Assembly (NCBI GenBank): GCA_964016885.1
Contig: OZ024743.1
Coordinates: 58,404,001-58,468,000 of the forward strand
Reading direction: 5' to 3'
Origin: Eledone cirrhosa
Taxonomy: Eukaryota
Length of the DNA: 64,000 bases
Each line of letters starts with the position of its first letter. The first letter of the stretch is position 1. The notes under the pieces are model-generated. The model was not told the origin of the DNA. It saw only the letters and a program-made list of their open reading frames with translations, and ran no database searches. This document shows, in pieces, positions 26,322-39,690 of this stretch. The translations under genes were made by a program, and so were the position numbers.

Positions 26322-27633
26322 CTAGCAGAATGGCGCAGCGTTGCTCGGGATTCTAAACATAGATTGGCATGTTTATCATTCCTTTCTGAAACAGTACAGA
26401 GAAGTACGGAATACCTCGGCCTCGGGATGGTGTTTACATTTTGTGCTTTTAAAAAAATTCATCGTAGATTACCAGGTTTTTTCCCGTGCGAAGAAAGTCA
26501 ATACTTTATCGCGAAATAAATGCTTTTGTTTATATTTTGTTATTGTGTATGCAAAAATATCTGTACACGAATATATAATTATATATATATATATAAAACA
26601 GAGAATGTCTGTCTGTCTGTCAGGTCACTAAAACTCAAGAACCACCCAACCGATTGTTTTCAAACTTTACACATGTAATACCTATGGTCCTGTGAGTGTT
26701 TTGAGATAAAAACATTTCAAATTTTCAATGCCCTAGGGACCGCATTAGGCGATTTAGCGATCTCTCTCTATAATTCTTAGTCTTTCTTTTTAGATAGATA
26801 CATAGATATAACGTTGCGCCCTTATACTATCTGTCTGTATGTCTGGCTGTCTGCCTTACGACATTATGACGCTGTGTGTGTGTGTATATATGTATATATA
26901 GTGTGTATATATATACGTATATAGTGTGTAACGTTTCTCGAAATATTTACTTCTGCGTTCACAGATTGATTTGTCTAGTTTCAGAAGATCCCGTTAAAGG
27001 TGAAAGCAGCGATTATTTGCTTAAACTTTAATCTGTTATTTTAATATATATATATATAATTATATATTCGTGTACAGATATTTTGCATACACAATAACAA
27101 AATATAAACAAACGTAATTATTTCACGCAGCTCGATAAGGATAAATATATCAAATATATAAGAACCCTAGAGCAAATCCCGAGCAACGCCGGGCCATTCT
27201 GTTAGTATATATTAAAATAACAGATTAAAGTTTTAGCAAAGAATCACTGGTTAACGGGATCTTCTGAAACTAAAAAAAATCAATCTGTGAACGCAAAAGT
27301 AAATATTTCGAAAAACGTTACGCACTATATATACATATATATACACACACACACATATAGCGTCATAATGTCGTAATGCAGACAGCTAGACATACAGACA
27401 TATATTATAAGGGCGCAACGTTATATCTATGTATCTATCTAAAAAAAAAGACTAAGAATTATAGAGAGAGATCGCTAAATCGCCTAATGCGGTCCCTAGG
27501 GCATTTTTACTCAAAACACTCACAGGACCATAAGTATTACATGTGTAAAATTTGAAAACAATCGGTCGGGTGGTTCTCCAGTTTTAGGGAGACAGACAGA
27601 CAGACAAACATTCTCTGTTTTTAGTTATATAGA
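26322..27633 (-). mobile_element. Non-autonomous Helitron (outer copy)
   Basis: 5' A|TC TATATAACTAAAAACAGAG; (GTCT)n; 3' hairpin CCCGAGCAACG... and CTAG|T end at 26322. Confidence 0.8.
26590..27205 (+). mobile_element. Same-family Helitron nested antiparallel in the outer copy
   Basis: Starts ATATAAAACAGAGAATGTCTGTC and ends CCCGAGCAACGCCGGG CCATTCTGTTAG|T; inserted in the internal (AT)n of the outer copy. Confidence 0.8.
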
Positions 27634-28194
27634 TGATATATGTGAACAATGAAAACAAAACTAAAGTCAGAGATACATAGTTAATTAGTTCATTGCTTTT
27701 CGATTATTTCAGTGGGTTGATCCATCGTGGAAGATCGATATATTGACCGACCAGCATATCTGTAGTTACGTCGATACCTGTTTCTAGTTTTGAATTCCTG
27801 ATGGATCGAACTATTAAATGATATTAAAACAGCCACATATTACGAGATTTGTTTATTTCAGCACAAAAGCTAAACGTTAAAGCATGGAAGAAAGAAAGTT
27901 TCTGCTTGAACTACTTAAGTAGTGTATTATAATCTCGCCAGACAAGAGAGCTTATGAAATATTCTCATGTTTCGGGGTCCTGTGCATGATCTCCATTTGT
28001 CCTAATTGTAAAAAATATGTTTAGCCGACATAAAACAGACAACCAGTCTGAATTAGTAGATGACATGCACTGGAATTTTAATATGACAAGAATTTTTTCA
28101 ACACGCTGACGCATATGTGTATATGTGTGTGCGTGTGTGTATGTAGATTGTACACACAGGTATAGTGAATGTTAGACGCTGTTTTCTGTAGTTT

Positions 28195-28354
28195 GTCATC
28201 ACCCGTTCTTTCCTCAGTAATCTCCAGTGGGTGACATCATCACCCCTTCCTCCTTCAGTCATCTCCAGTGGGTGACGTCATCACCCCTTCTTCTCTCAAT
28301 CATCTCTAGTGTGTGACGTCATCACCCCTTCTTTCCTCAGTCATCACTAGTGTG
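28195..28354. repeat. 41-bp minisatellite, about 4 copies
   Basis: Units start at 28195, 28236, 28277 and 28318; consensus GTCATCACCCCTTCTTTCCTCAGTCATCTCCAGTGGGTGAC. Confidence 0.9.
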
Positions 28355-28447
28355 CGGTGGAAGGACGGACGGAAGTCTCTCAAATTTTATATATAGATAG
28401 ATTAGCTATAGTGTAAAATGGCCATCAATTACCTTCATAGTCATTTA

Positions 28448-28803
28448 CTCTCGGGTCCCAAATAATAGGGGGCGTTGGATTAAGTGGGTGGAATAAATGG
28501 GGGTAGGGGGAGGAAATCGCTAACTATTTTAGGTTGTCTCTGTTGATTTTTTTAAAAACCACAATTAGTGGTTTAGTTTACTTATTGCGACCCAACCCAT
28601 CCTATTTATTTTAAAACGTATGGGATTTCTAGTAATGTACTTTTCTTGTCCAGTATAATGATTTTAATGTATAAATAAAAATTTCGCCGGCGATAGATTA
28701 GCAAAATTCAATAAGCGGGGGTGGGGGTTTGAAAAAAAAGCGAGGCGGGTGAGTGAAAAATAATAAGTGAGGGTGGGGAGACGATTATTTTAGTCCCATT
28801 AGG
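28448..28803. mobile_element. MITE copy
   Basis: Left TIR TA|CTCTCGGGTCCCAAATAAT; right TIR degenerate. Confidence 0.65.
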
Positions 28804-29270
28804 AGATGACTTTCCTATAACATAAACATGAACGAATAAAAAAAGAACAAAAACAACATCAAATACAACAATAATCTTTCTTTATTGACATGTACAGTGT
28901 GTGTCATACAAAAAGCGTTACAAAGACATCGTTACAAAAGTGTGTGTGTGTGTGTGCGTGTGCGTGTGTGTGTGTCTTTACAATCACACGTATAGCAACC
29001 GTGTGTTCTGCTCTACATGTACCACTAAACGAATTGGCCCCGCGTCCGCTCCTTGATGCTTCAGAAGTTCTAGATAGTATTGTGATGAGTGTAAGTCATC
29101 AACATCCCGAACTCTATGTAAATCGAAACCGAATACTTGATAGTATGAGTTAAACTAACTCTTACTGCATGTCCATATTGTAAGCGTAAATGCGACGACA
29201 AGTGAAAGCTCAACTCCCATGTTAATACACACACACACACACATTATATATATATATATATATATATAAC

Positions 29271-29465
29271 AAAGGTGTGGTAAGATACCAGGTGGACCAT
29301 AATGTACTAGAGTACTCGATACTTAGGGTAGTAGAGTGGGCAATAGGAAAAGAGTCAGGACCAAGACGGTTGAGCTCCGGCCGTTTTGACAGCTAGATCC
29401 GAACTGCTGAGTTCAGATCTAGCTGGCGAAACGGCCGGAGCTCAGCCGTCGGGGCTCATGACTCT

Positions 29466-29470
<5 letters not shown>
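29271..29470. repeat. Fold-back remnant of a family-A-related PLE tail
   Basis: Inverted arms containing GAAACGGCCGGAGCTCAGCCGTCGGGG; turn in stem II at ~29407; flanked by (TA)n. Confidence 0.75.
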
Positions 29471-29519
<49 letters not shown>

Positions 29520-29639
29520 ATACTTTGGGAGGGTCATGTTGCCAATTCAGAAACGATATATATACACACACAAATACAGTTATAAGTATAATGTATAGTG
29601 TTAATAATTGCTAATTATTTTTTTCTATTTTCTGAACTT

Positions 29640-31800
29640 ACATGTACTATTGTAATCGTATGTTGTCCGCATATGTCTACACAGCCATTCACGTCTCGGT
29701 TCGAGTGGGATGCCTTTCAACAGCTCCAGCTTTCGCAGAAAAGGCTCGCGAGTCAATACGTACAGAAGGAAGGAGGGAGGACACTCTTGACAGACCGATC
29801 GCCTGATGTGAAACGGTTCTGAAAGGTAGCCATATACGTGGACTATCGAGCGGATACCTTTGTGTATTGCAGCGACCCAGATTCTGAAAACGTGACCAAC
29901 GCCAGTTGCCTTGAAGACAACCACGATGAATCGATGGTCGACCCTATCGAAATCTGTCGATTCATTAAGATTGATTATAGAGGCACCCAGGTCAGGTTTA
30001 CACCCTACTCACTCTGTGATATATCAGATGAGGTGAAAGTATTCATGTATGGATATGGCCGGTATTGCGTAGGTTTGCGTCTCCTCTAACAGACCCTCGA
30101 CGACAAGTGCTAACCTATTCACTAACACCTTGGCCAAAGTTATAAACTCCGGTTCACAGAAATAGGAATAGCCCTGTTCTGCAGTAGACCGCTTCGTGGA
30201 GATCGAAAACAAGTTTGGCATACCTACATAAAATTCGTAGGGCAGACCATCCAACTCGGGTGAATTGCACCTCGTACTGCCAATTAGAGCACCCCGAGTG
30301 TCGGCTGATGTTATCAGCCTTTCGTCGCACTCAGCGTCGGCTGGCGAGACTCGTAACGAGCCATCGGCACCGGCGTTGGCAACAACGGAAGTATGTGGCA
30401 CCCTGAATTTATCACCTGAAGGCAGAAGGCTCTGCAGATATGTCGCTTCCTCGCTGAAGAGATAGTGTGGCTTTCAATCCTTAGTGATCATTTGTATCGC
30501 GGACCTATACTGAAGGCGAGCATGGTCCGGGATGAATTTTAGTTCGGCCTTTTTTATTTGGAGAAGAATCTCCAAATCCATTCCGGACCAGTCTTCTCAT
30601 ATTATTTTTCTTACGTAAGGGCGGTGGATTGGCAGTATCGGTAGAGGGTCGGACGCCATGCTTTGACGCATAGAGTTACACCCTTTGCCATTCTGGGTTC
30701 AAATCTCGCCGAGGTTAACTTTGCCTTTCATCCTTATGGGATCGATAAAATAAAGTACCAGTAATACACTGGGTAATTACTGACCTTGTGCCAAAAGTAG
30801 AAACAATTATTTTTCTTACGTCTAGCTGGACACCATGACAACTCTCCTACACCAAACATCCCAGGAACCAACATAAGTTCAGTCCTAGCGGGATCCTGGG
30901 AATGCGGACCTTCACCATTTTCCTGCCCATATGGGACGGGTAAATAATAATGTTGCCCGTTTTAGAGGGACCAGTGAGTGTTTTATGGCAAGCGCTTCGG
31001 TTTTGAACAGTACCGAAATAGTGCCGAACTGTCTGGCCCTTCCAATGTTCTCCACGACTTTTCTGATGCATTTCAGTGCTGCCTGCACTTGAGAATTAAG
31101 GGATCAGTTCAACTTTACACGTTAGCACTGAAATTCATATGTAAATCAGTGACCTTATTTACGTTGCTGCCATTATTTCGGCCAGGGCAGAGAGGTTGAC
31201 CCAGGTATTTTTCTCTTTTAATTAGTTTCCACGCCTGGGCCAAACGTTCTTTCTTGTCTGATATATCAGCTTGAAAGGGTTACTTTCATATTGCAGTGGT
31301 GGCTGTGAATGTGCTGTTGTTGTTGATGTTGTTGCTCACGTTGTTGTTGCTGTTGGTGCTGTTGGTGTCGTTCGTCATGTCACCGTCATTCTTCCTTTCA
31401 TTGCAGCAGCTGTTGTTGTTTTTGTCGTTGTTGCTGTTGTTGCTGTAATTGATGCTCATGCTGTTATCATTTGTGTTGTCACTGTCGTTTGTGTTAGTTT
31501 TAATTTTGTTTTTTCGTCTTAATTGTTGCAGTTGCGGTGGTGGTGCCAGTGGTGTTGCTTGCGTCTACCGTTGTTGTGGTGGGGTTGGCGACATTCACTG
31601 TGGTAAACATAGGCAGAGTCGGAAAGTCCGTATCATTTGTACGAGATAAAGTTTGGTTGCTGATGCTGCTGTCATTGTTTTCAGAATTTTGGCTGTCCAA
31701 CTCTATGGACAGCACGCAATTCCGTTTAGCGGACTCAACATATTTGCCCGCCATCTTAACTTTCGCAGAAAATTGAGGGGCGCGTTTGAAAAACAAACAC
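29640..31800 (-). mobile_element. Internally deleted L1/Tx1-like LINE
   Basis: SPELDGLPYEFY, LAKVLVNRL, FDRVDH, RSVCQECPPSFLLYVL, AYADN (RT); ORF1-like YMGRKMVKVRI; putative ORF1 start MAGKYVES at ~31754. Confidence 0.75.
30617..30805 (+). mobile_element. SINE family 1, full length
   Basis: 16-bp TSD ATTATTTTTCTTACGT. Confidence 0.88.
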
Positions 31801-33109
31801 AGGTGTAGTCCCTAAGGGCTTCAGGTAGAGCTAACTACCCAGCTCACTAAGATACTGGCTCACTTAACTTTGAAAACAATGACAACATTTTAATACAATA
31901 GGTTGAATGATTGTAAAATAGAACAAACACGAGTGATGTAAACCACGTTTTGAAAGACAGAATAACAAAGATAAAAACAATAATAACAACAACAACAACT
32001 AGGCACAAGTCTAGAATTTTTAAGGGGAGTGGAAAGTCGATTAAATCGATCCCAGTGCATTACGTATAAGTTGAAATGTAGAACAGACATATGTATTAAA
32101 AATCAAAACTTTTCAGATATAGCTGTGTAAGTATTATTCATTGTTTCATAGCTTAGAAAAATTGTTGATACACTAGCAACTATGATTTCCTTCTCAATCT
32201 GTTGGAATTTCTAAAAGAACAGTGGCTGCAAATCTTTAAATATGTTTCACCGTACATTGGTTTAATTCAAACGAAATGTAAACAAAACTTACACGCGTGG
32301 ATTGTTGATATAATCCCCGCCGATTTCAAAGATGAATATTCAGTTGGTCAATTTCTCGAACATCTGGCTCATTAATTGTAGTATAGGTGTGAGTGTATTC
32401 CATAGAAACATGCATCCTAAAATAATCTAGTTGCAACTGTGTGACACATTTATTAACACAATGCATTCGACGCGTTTCAACATTTTTTTTTCATCTACGT
32501 AGTTTTGTTTAGGAGCCTTGGGTTGAGCCGTAGCTCTGATAAAACAGTTGCCGAAGATGCGACACTGAAGGACGTTTCGGGAAGCTCACTATTGTAAAGC
32601 GAACGTCTTAAACACCCGGGCTTACCAGCATTCATAGGGTTTAAATGAAACTAATTGCATATTAGTGAATTGGCTACTGATCAGGCAATGGTGCCAAGAG
32701 CAGTATCAATATGAAAGTAAACACAGCATTAAAAAGTATAACATGTTTTGATAAATACATGAACGTGTATCGTACGCGTTTATAGCACTTTGCCTCCATT
32801 TTATGCTGGAGATCTGACAAATAAAGCCGAAAGAAATGTTAAATTGTGTGTTTGAACCACAAATCAATGAAAGGAATATTTACATGAATTTCTTCGTTCA
32901 GGTATATTCATCTTTAACGGTCTATCATATTCTGTTTATCACCACATTTATTTGAACGTTACGCTTTCAAAAATGCTAACTATAAAACAACATAGATACT
33001 CAATTCCATAACATGATCACCTTGCGACATTTTCTGTGAGGCATGGGATAGGCGCACAAATGATGCGCGTAATATTATGATGATCTAAAAATCTATGCAT
33101 CAAAATAGG

Positions 33110-33285
33110 AATTTGAAGGGGTGGCGGGGAAGCCGAGTAAATCGATCCCAGTACGTTACTGGTGTTTTATTTTATCGACCCCGTAAGGATTAACCTCGGC
33201 AGAATTTGAAATCATAATTTAAAGAACCGTAACTATATGCCGCAAAGCATGTTGTCTGACGCTCTACCGATACTACCAATCCACA
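33110..33285 (-). mobile_element. SINE family 1, diverged
   Basis: Reverse complement of head GTGGATTGGTAGTATCGGTAGAG and of the core. Confidence 0.7.
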
Positions 33286-33769
33286 TCAAAAGGGAAATAA
33301 TAAGATTTATAAAACGTAGAATTTCCATAATTACCACAAATAACAATGTACATGAAGTGCGATTACGAATTAAAATATTTACATCATATATCTGACTTTA
33401 TTTTCAATGGGACTATTATTTTCGGAGTCTCTTGTCACAGCTTTTATATATGAATCATAATTATGGATTGCTAAATATATTTACCTTATCATATTAACCT
33501 GAATAAAAACAAAAGTAGCATCTACAAACACGGCCACCAAGTCTATAATGTCAACATCAGCTGATTGGGTGACAAACAATCAACACCAACCATTTCATTA
33601 GTTGTTTATATACAACTTTTTGTTTTAGAATAAAGCAATTAATTATAACGATTTATTAATGTGGTGAAACTATCGCATTCTCATCATCGTACACACAAAC
33701 ATCACACCGAAAAAGTTGGTTTATAAATATATCCTTACATTTTCTGGAATATATTTAAATTCATAAAAT

Positions 33770-34212
33770 TTATAAATGAGTGCTTTTTGGTTGGTACATA
33801 TCATATGGGTCACAGTTGATATTTCCTTCTGTTTCGTCAGGCTCTGGTATGCCGTCTGGAATTTGCGGTGCATCAAGGGAAGAAATTTTGTCGAACCTTC
33901 TTTCAATACCTAAGAGATGTCCTTCAGTGTTCATCGATGTCGCATTTGAAAATTCAGATTGAATTTTGCGAGATTGAGGCTCTTTAGAGATTATAGATTC
34001 CCCACGTTTTTCCTCGAAGTAAGCGACAATTAAAGCCATGATTAAAACAATTCCACAGAGTAAACGTACTGATACTAGAGTCCCGTGTATCTTCAATCGC
34101 ATGTCTTCTATATCATACAATTGGCATTCATTTCTCATACCGCAGGTCGAAGCCCAATGTGTACAAGCCATATCCAACAGCAGACCAAAAGCTATGGGAC
34201 CAGACATCCAAC
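33770..34212 (-). CDS. SLCO: SLCO last coding exon
   Basis: attcag|GT TGG ATG; encodes GWMSGPIAFGLLLDMACTHWASTCGMRNECQLYD (OATP TM11 loop, D-x-x-C-x-x-W...C...C-x-x-YD) to the stop at 33770. Total CDS 2274 nt, about 757 aa. Confidence 0.93.
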
Positions 34213-34411
34213 CTGAATAAATGAAATTTAATAAAAGTTAACATTTCCATGTTAGAATAATTCTAGCAATCTCAGCAGATCATTAGTATTACTTTTACTG
34301 TTACGATTGAAACTAATCTTGCAGTAAACTCTGCCTTACATCCTTCCAAAGCCGATAAAATAAAGTAGCATTAACATTCTGGGGTCAATATAAACGACTT
34401 GAACACACCTA

Positions 34412-34775
34412 CTCTCGGATCTCGAGTAATTCCCGCCTCCAATCTTATTAATCTTTTAGACCCACCCGCTCTTATACCAAACACCTGCTCATAAAACTTC
34501 GTTAATTTATCTCCGGCGAAATTTTATTTGAAATGGCAAAAAATCTTCTAATTCATTTTCTTTAGACATACATATTATAAGACGAACAAAAAATACATTA
34601 CCAGAAATCCCATACGTTATAAAATAAATAGAAATGGTTGGAGTTTCAAAATGTAAACTAAACGACTAATTCTGGTTTTAAAAAAAATCAACGGAGATAA
34701 CCTAGAAAAATGATCGATATGCAAACAGCCCCGCGCTTAATCCCCCACCCCGTCTCATTATTTGGGACCCGAGAG
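34412..34775. mobile_element. MITE with TA target duplication
   Basis: TA|CTCTCGGATCTCGAGTAAT ... ATTATTTGGGACCCGAGAG|TA; Tc1/mariner-pogo-like by TA TSD. Confidence 0.78.
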
Positions 34776-36399
34776 TACCACCCCCAAAAATAGAAGATTT
34801 CCGCTGAAATTTGAAAACATTTGTATGACTGATACTGGGTAGAAGGAAAGTGATGGAACATCCTCAGAATCACTAGCTTCAATTCAAAGGTCTATGCTAG
34901 ATAACGAGTCACTCTCATTCTGTCTGAGAATCGCGTTAAGGTTAGTTACGTGTATCTGTGTAGTATTAAGCCACGTAAACGTTGATTCATCAGACGTTCA
35001 GTTGATTGAACGACTGAATACTCTTTATCGAAACCGGCAGATGATCCATCCATCCTCCTGCTCATCCTCATCATCACCACTACCACCACCACATACATGA
35101 TCTCGGCATTGCACCATATAACATTACTAATAATTATCAATTCATTCTATCGTGCAATGCCTGTGTGTGAAGATTTTTTAAAGTGAGGAAAGACTGTGCA
35201 CTGAGCCAATCCCACTCTCTTAGCGACAGTAGCTATAACCCGAAAAGAAGAAAAGATCAACATCATTGGTAACTACTGAGCCGCAGGTTTTATTCCGGAG
35301 TTACCTCAGTTTCGTGAATTGCTTTCTCCTAGAAGAATGCCCTGACAAATGTTACGGGTCCATCAATCCCAGTGGTTTAACCGCGCGATCGGGTATCCAT
35401 CCCGATTATTTCTATGTCCCCACGCATATACATACACATGCATACACACACACACATATGTATACACATGGATACATGTATATACATATGTACATATATA
35501 TACATACATACACATGCATACATGTATATACGTACTTACACATTTTTGGATGGCCGTTGACTTTTATGAGTTCTTCCGCCCTTTGTAAGGTTTTGTTTTT
35601 TGTCCTGCAGGGTTTCCAAAATTACCCTCCTCACAAAGTAAACTTCCTGAGCTTGCCGGTTTAGTCGCCAGCGCCCCGACAATGCGTTAGTTTGTACTGG
35701 GTTACATGTTACCAGTAGCACTCAAGAGTAACCCGACATACATACATACATGCATGATGGCTGCAACTCGATTTTTTTCGTTAAATGATATTGCTTGATA
35801 CTTAAGCATGAGCAGCACGAGCGTGGCTCCTTAGTCCTACTAGGGACTTGCTTACGGCCAGCCATGTCATGCAACGAAAAAGATGTCACATATTAAGCGG
35901 TCCCTGTGCTTGAAGCTTCTTTAAGCGAGGAAAGGCTCTACATGGAGTCAATCCCACTCTTTCAACATCGAATGCATTTACCCCAAAAAGTAGAACTGGT
36001 TTACATCATTTGATGCAAACGAAGCCGCAGGTTTTATATCGAATTGTCCTCCTAGTGAGATGTCTTGATGAAGATTATTGGTCTCTCACTTCCATGTCCC
36101 ACGCCCCTCAAAAATACACACTTGCAGACATATTCATACATGACAAGAAGGAAAAGTATCTCATCCATGCAACCTCCTCAGCTGTAACATATAACGTGGC
36201 ACTGTAATACTTATTGTATAACATTTAAAGAGTTATATGAAATGTTTCACTGTATATCACATAGATCAAATAAATAACGTATACTTTAGTACTGTAAGAT
36301 TGTACGTCCTGTAATACGGTCTTTATATTCCCATGTTATATGATTTACTGAAGAGTCATTATATATTGTATCCGACTAAGTAAGGAGTAAAGACTGCTA

Positions 36400-36787
36400 C
36401 TCTCGAGTCCAAAATAATAGGGATGGGGCTGAAAGAAGCGGGTGGGGTGGAATAAGGGAGGCAGTGGGGATAAGCGTGGGGTTCGAATAAGAAGGAGGGG
36501 TCGTGGAAAATCGGTAATTTTTCAAGGTTGTCTCCAAATCATTTATTTAATTAACATATGAGGTTTCTAGTAATGTACTTTTTTGTCATATATATGTTTT
36601 AATGTATAAAGAAAATTAATTGTCGCAGTAGTGCGACCACTTAAAAAACAATTTCACCGAAGATAGATTAGCAAAATTTAGTAAGTAGTGGGGGTGGAAT
36701 AAGACAGGGAGTGATAGAATACGAGCGGGGGAGGGGGTCCTGTAAAATTAATAAGCGGGGTGGGTACGATTATTGGAGACCCGAGGG
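36400..36787. mobile_element. MITE copy
   Basis: TA|CTCTCGAGTCCAAAATAAT ... ATTATTGGAGACCCGAGGG. Confidence 0.7.
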
Positions 36788-37102
36788 ACCTTCCTATTGT
36801 GAATATGCATGGTTTTGGTGCTTGGGTGTTCGGCTCACCACCTACTGAACTTGAGATCTAATTTTTTTTTTGCCGCACGTTATGTCTTTCAGCAAGACAG
36901 TTTATTTGTACCTGAATTTCAAATTGGCCAGCCTTGCACCACACTGTTTCGAGGTGAAAAACCCTGAGAACTATGTTAATGGTACAGGTGTCTATGGAAT
37001 ACTCGCCAACTTGCGCGTTAATTTAACTAGAAAGTAGTTATGCAGATCGAATCAACTAAAACACTCGTCGTTGAAAACGACGGAGATCCAATATAGACTC
37101 AC

Positions 37103-37167
37103 CTATGAATGATGTCGAGAATGACATCAGTCCTATAGCAATGGCTTTATCTTCTTCTATCACAGAT
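37103..37167 (-). CDS. SLCO: SLCO coding exon 8
   Basis: atccgcag|A TCT GTG; encodes RSVIEEDKAIAIGLMSFSTSFIG; donor G|GTGAGT; 65 nt, phase 2-1. Confidence 0.92.
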
Positions 37168-37266
37168 CTGCGGATATAACAAAAGTGAAGTAATACTTTA
37201 TTGTGTACTGGCTTCGATGAATGTTTTCATAGCAATCAGCGTTTGATGACATTATTCATAATTACA

Positions 37267-37487
37267 AGGGCGGTGGATTGGCAGTATCGGTAGAGGGTCG
37301 GACACCATGCTTTGACGCATAGAGTTACGGTCCTTGCCATTCTGAGTTCAAATCCCGCCGAGGTTAACTTTGCCTTTCATCCTCACGGGGTCGATAAAAT
37401 AAAGCACCAGTAATGCACTGGGGTCGATTTATTCGACTTTTCCTTCCCCTTAAAAAAATGGCTGGCCTTGTGCCTAAATTAGAAACA
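37267..37487 (+). mobile_element. SINE family 1, full length (long subtype)
   Basis: 16-bp TSD ATTATTCATAATTACA. Confidence 0.88.
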
Positions 37488-38739
37488 ATTATTCATAATT
37501 ACATATATATATATTGTCGCATTTTGGTGTTCACTGTGGATCCATTTACAGCAGGAAAAAACATTCTTAGCTTATATACATAAGAAGATAATTCTCTATA
37601 CTAAATACAAATACATTGTAACTTGAACAGGTCCGTGCAGTTAACGTTATCGCCTCAATATTTAGACAAAAACTACAAAATAATAAAGAAGTGTTTAATA
37701 TTTACAAACAAGCAAGAGTCTGCAATAAAATCAGCTACACAACATTTCTAGACGATATAAACCAAGGATCAGAAAATTATTTTATAAGGACCCACATTTG
37801 ATTGTTATGATTTTGCTCACGGCCCACTTGTATGTAACACCACCACCACTTACGTTATACCGTAGTTAGAGTGAGTGATTGCTTCATGGTAGGTTCATGA
37901 TTAGAGATGGTTAATCTACTACTGCATAACTGTAAAATAATTAAAAATATTAGAGATGTAGTCACATACATGAGTGTGTCCTCGTGAAACATATACATAT
38001 ACACCAGGTCCGAACATTAAAAAACCAAACTCCCACTGTCAATGCTTCTGTCTCTCCTTCTTATGAGCAAATGGAGGCCCACGTGCTGGCCGCCTCGTGG
38101 CTCTATATCATATATAACAACAAACCTAAAATGATCTGAAGTCCTTACAGAACATCTCAAAGGCCAACCTGTCGACAAGGCTTGATAAAAAAACATGCAA
38201 ATTGGAGGGTTTACATAGGTAGATAGATAGATAGATATATAAATAATTATGACATTACTATTGAAGAATGCTACTTATTGAGATGATTACGATGTTGATA
38301 TTGTTTACAGATTCTTATGATAGGCTGCAATAAAAGTGTCAGGTCGTATGTCTATTGAATAGATGTAATGCATTACTGATATTTTGTTAGATTTGTAATT
38401 CAAGGTAAGTAATTTATACATATTTGTTTCAGAAATAAATAATTCAGTTTGGTGTGCACTAGTTAACTGAATTACCACAATCGCTGCGACTGCTGACAAT
38501 ACTAAAATATTTTAATTACTTGTTAGCTTTAATGAGATTCGGGTATGAAGTGAACAGTCGTAACGTGACTTTATTAACTTTAAATGATATTTGTTGTATA
38601 CATGGTTGTGTTTCTATCTGTATATCTCTGCATAGTTGTTAGAATCGGGAAGTCACTCTATTTGCTACGACATACATAAATCTACGCACAGAAACGCACA
38701 CACACATCTCTGTTTTGTTCATCCCTCTCTTTCGATGTG

Positions 38740-39690
38740 ACTCGAGGTAGAGGCAAACCCATGGGATGAGGTAGTGAGGACCAACATTGAAATGCTAAAA
38801 CACCAGAGATGGCAAAAGACCGCAAAGAATGATGAAAAGTCACTTATCAGCATAAAACGTGACCTGACTCATTCACGTGTCTCCCTCCCACAATCATTCC
38901 ACATTATCTACTCCCCCTACACACAGACACGCTCCAACTTTCACCCTTTCATTGGCTATTCACCATCCCTAGCCCTGCTACAAGAAGGGACACCTTCACG
39001 CCCCCATAACTCCTAACACATACACACTCTCAATCCAGGTTTATTACACTACCCAGGATCATCCGCCCTCCGCTCATAAACGATCATTCATTGCTCGCAT
39101 TCCCCTCCTAGTAAATGTTGTCATCACAATACTCAGGTGACCACATCATAACTCCCACATTCTACCCAGATTCTAAACTCTACCCAGGATTAACCCTTCC
39201 ATTGAAGTCCTAACACATTAGTTCGACTTTACAACTACAACACACCTGCCATAAGCCCCTATCTCACCACCACCCTTCTCAGAACCTCTTACCACAGTAC
39301 TTTATACGTTAACGGAAAACACGCCTCCCCCTCACTTCACTCACAACCCTGCTAAAACCCAACACTTCGCCACACACCCAGAAAATACTCATCACCCTAC
39401 GAATGTTCTACCCGTAGAGTAGAGACGGTTTTTCAGTTGAGTCCTGTAAGTCAGTTGGTGAAAAGAAGAGCATCCCAAGGTAGAAACTCTGAGAAAAGTG
39501 TTGGGGAAACACTTCAGCTGTGACAAGGACAAGACAGCTTCTCTAGTTTGGTACCTTACACGATAAATACATCCAGTACACCCTGTAAAGTAGTTGGTGA
39601 TAGAAATACTTGGCAAATAAAATAAAATGTCTCCGGTAAAAATGCGGAAATGCAAGCAGAGAAAATTGACGGTAAATGATGATGGTGATG
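38740..39690 (+). mobile_element. Old LINE 3' remnant
   Basis: Degenerate W...LISIK..L..IG pattern; tail GACGGTAAATGATGATG resembles the RTE tail at 11900. Confidence 0.35.

Noticed and set aside
28195-28354. Possible CRISPR array
   Set aside because: Units are contiguous with no unique spacers, there are no cas genes, and the context is eukaryotic.
30617-30720. tRNA gene
   Set aside because: The A/B boxes belong to a SINE head; there is no cloverleaf and it is flanked by TSDs.
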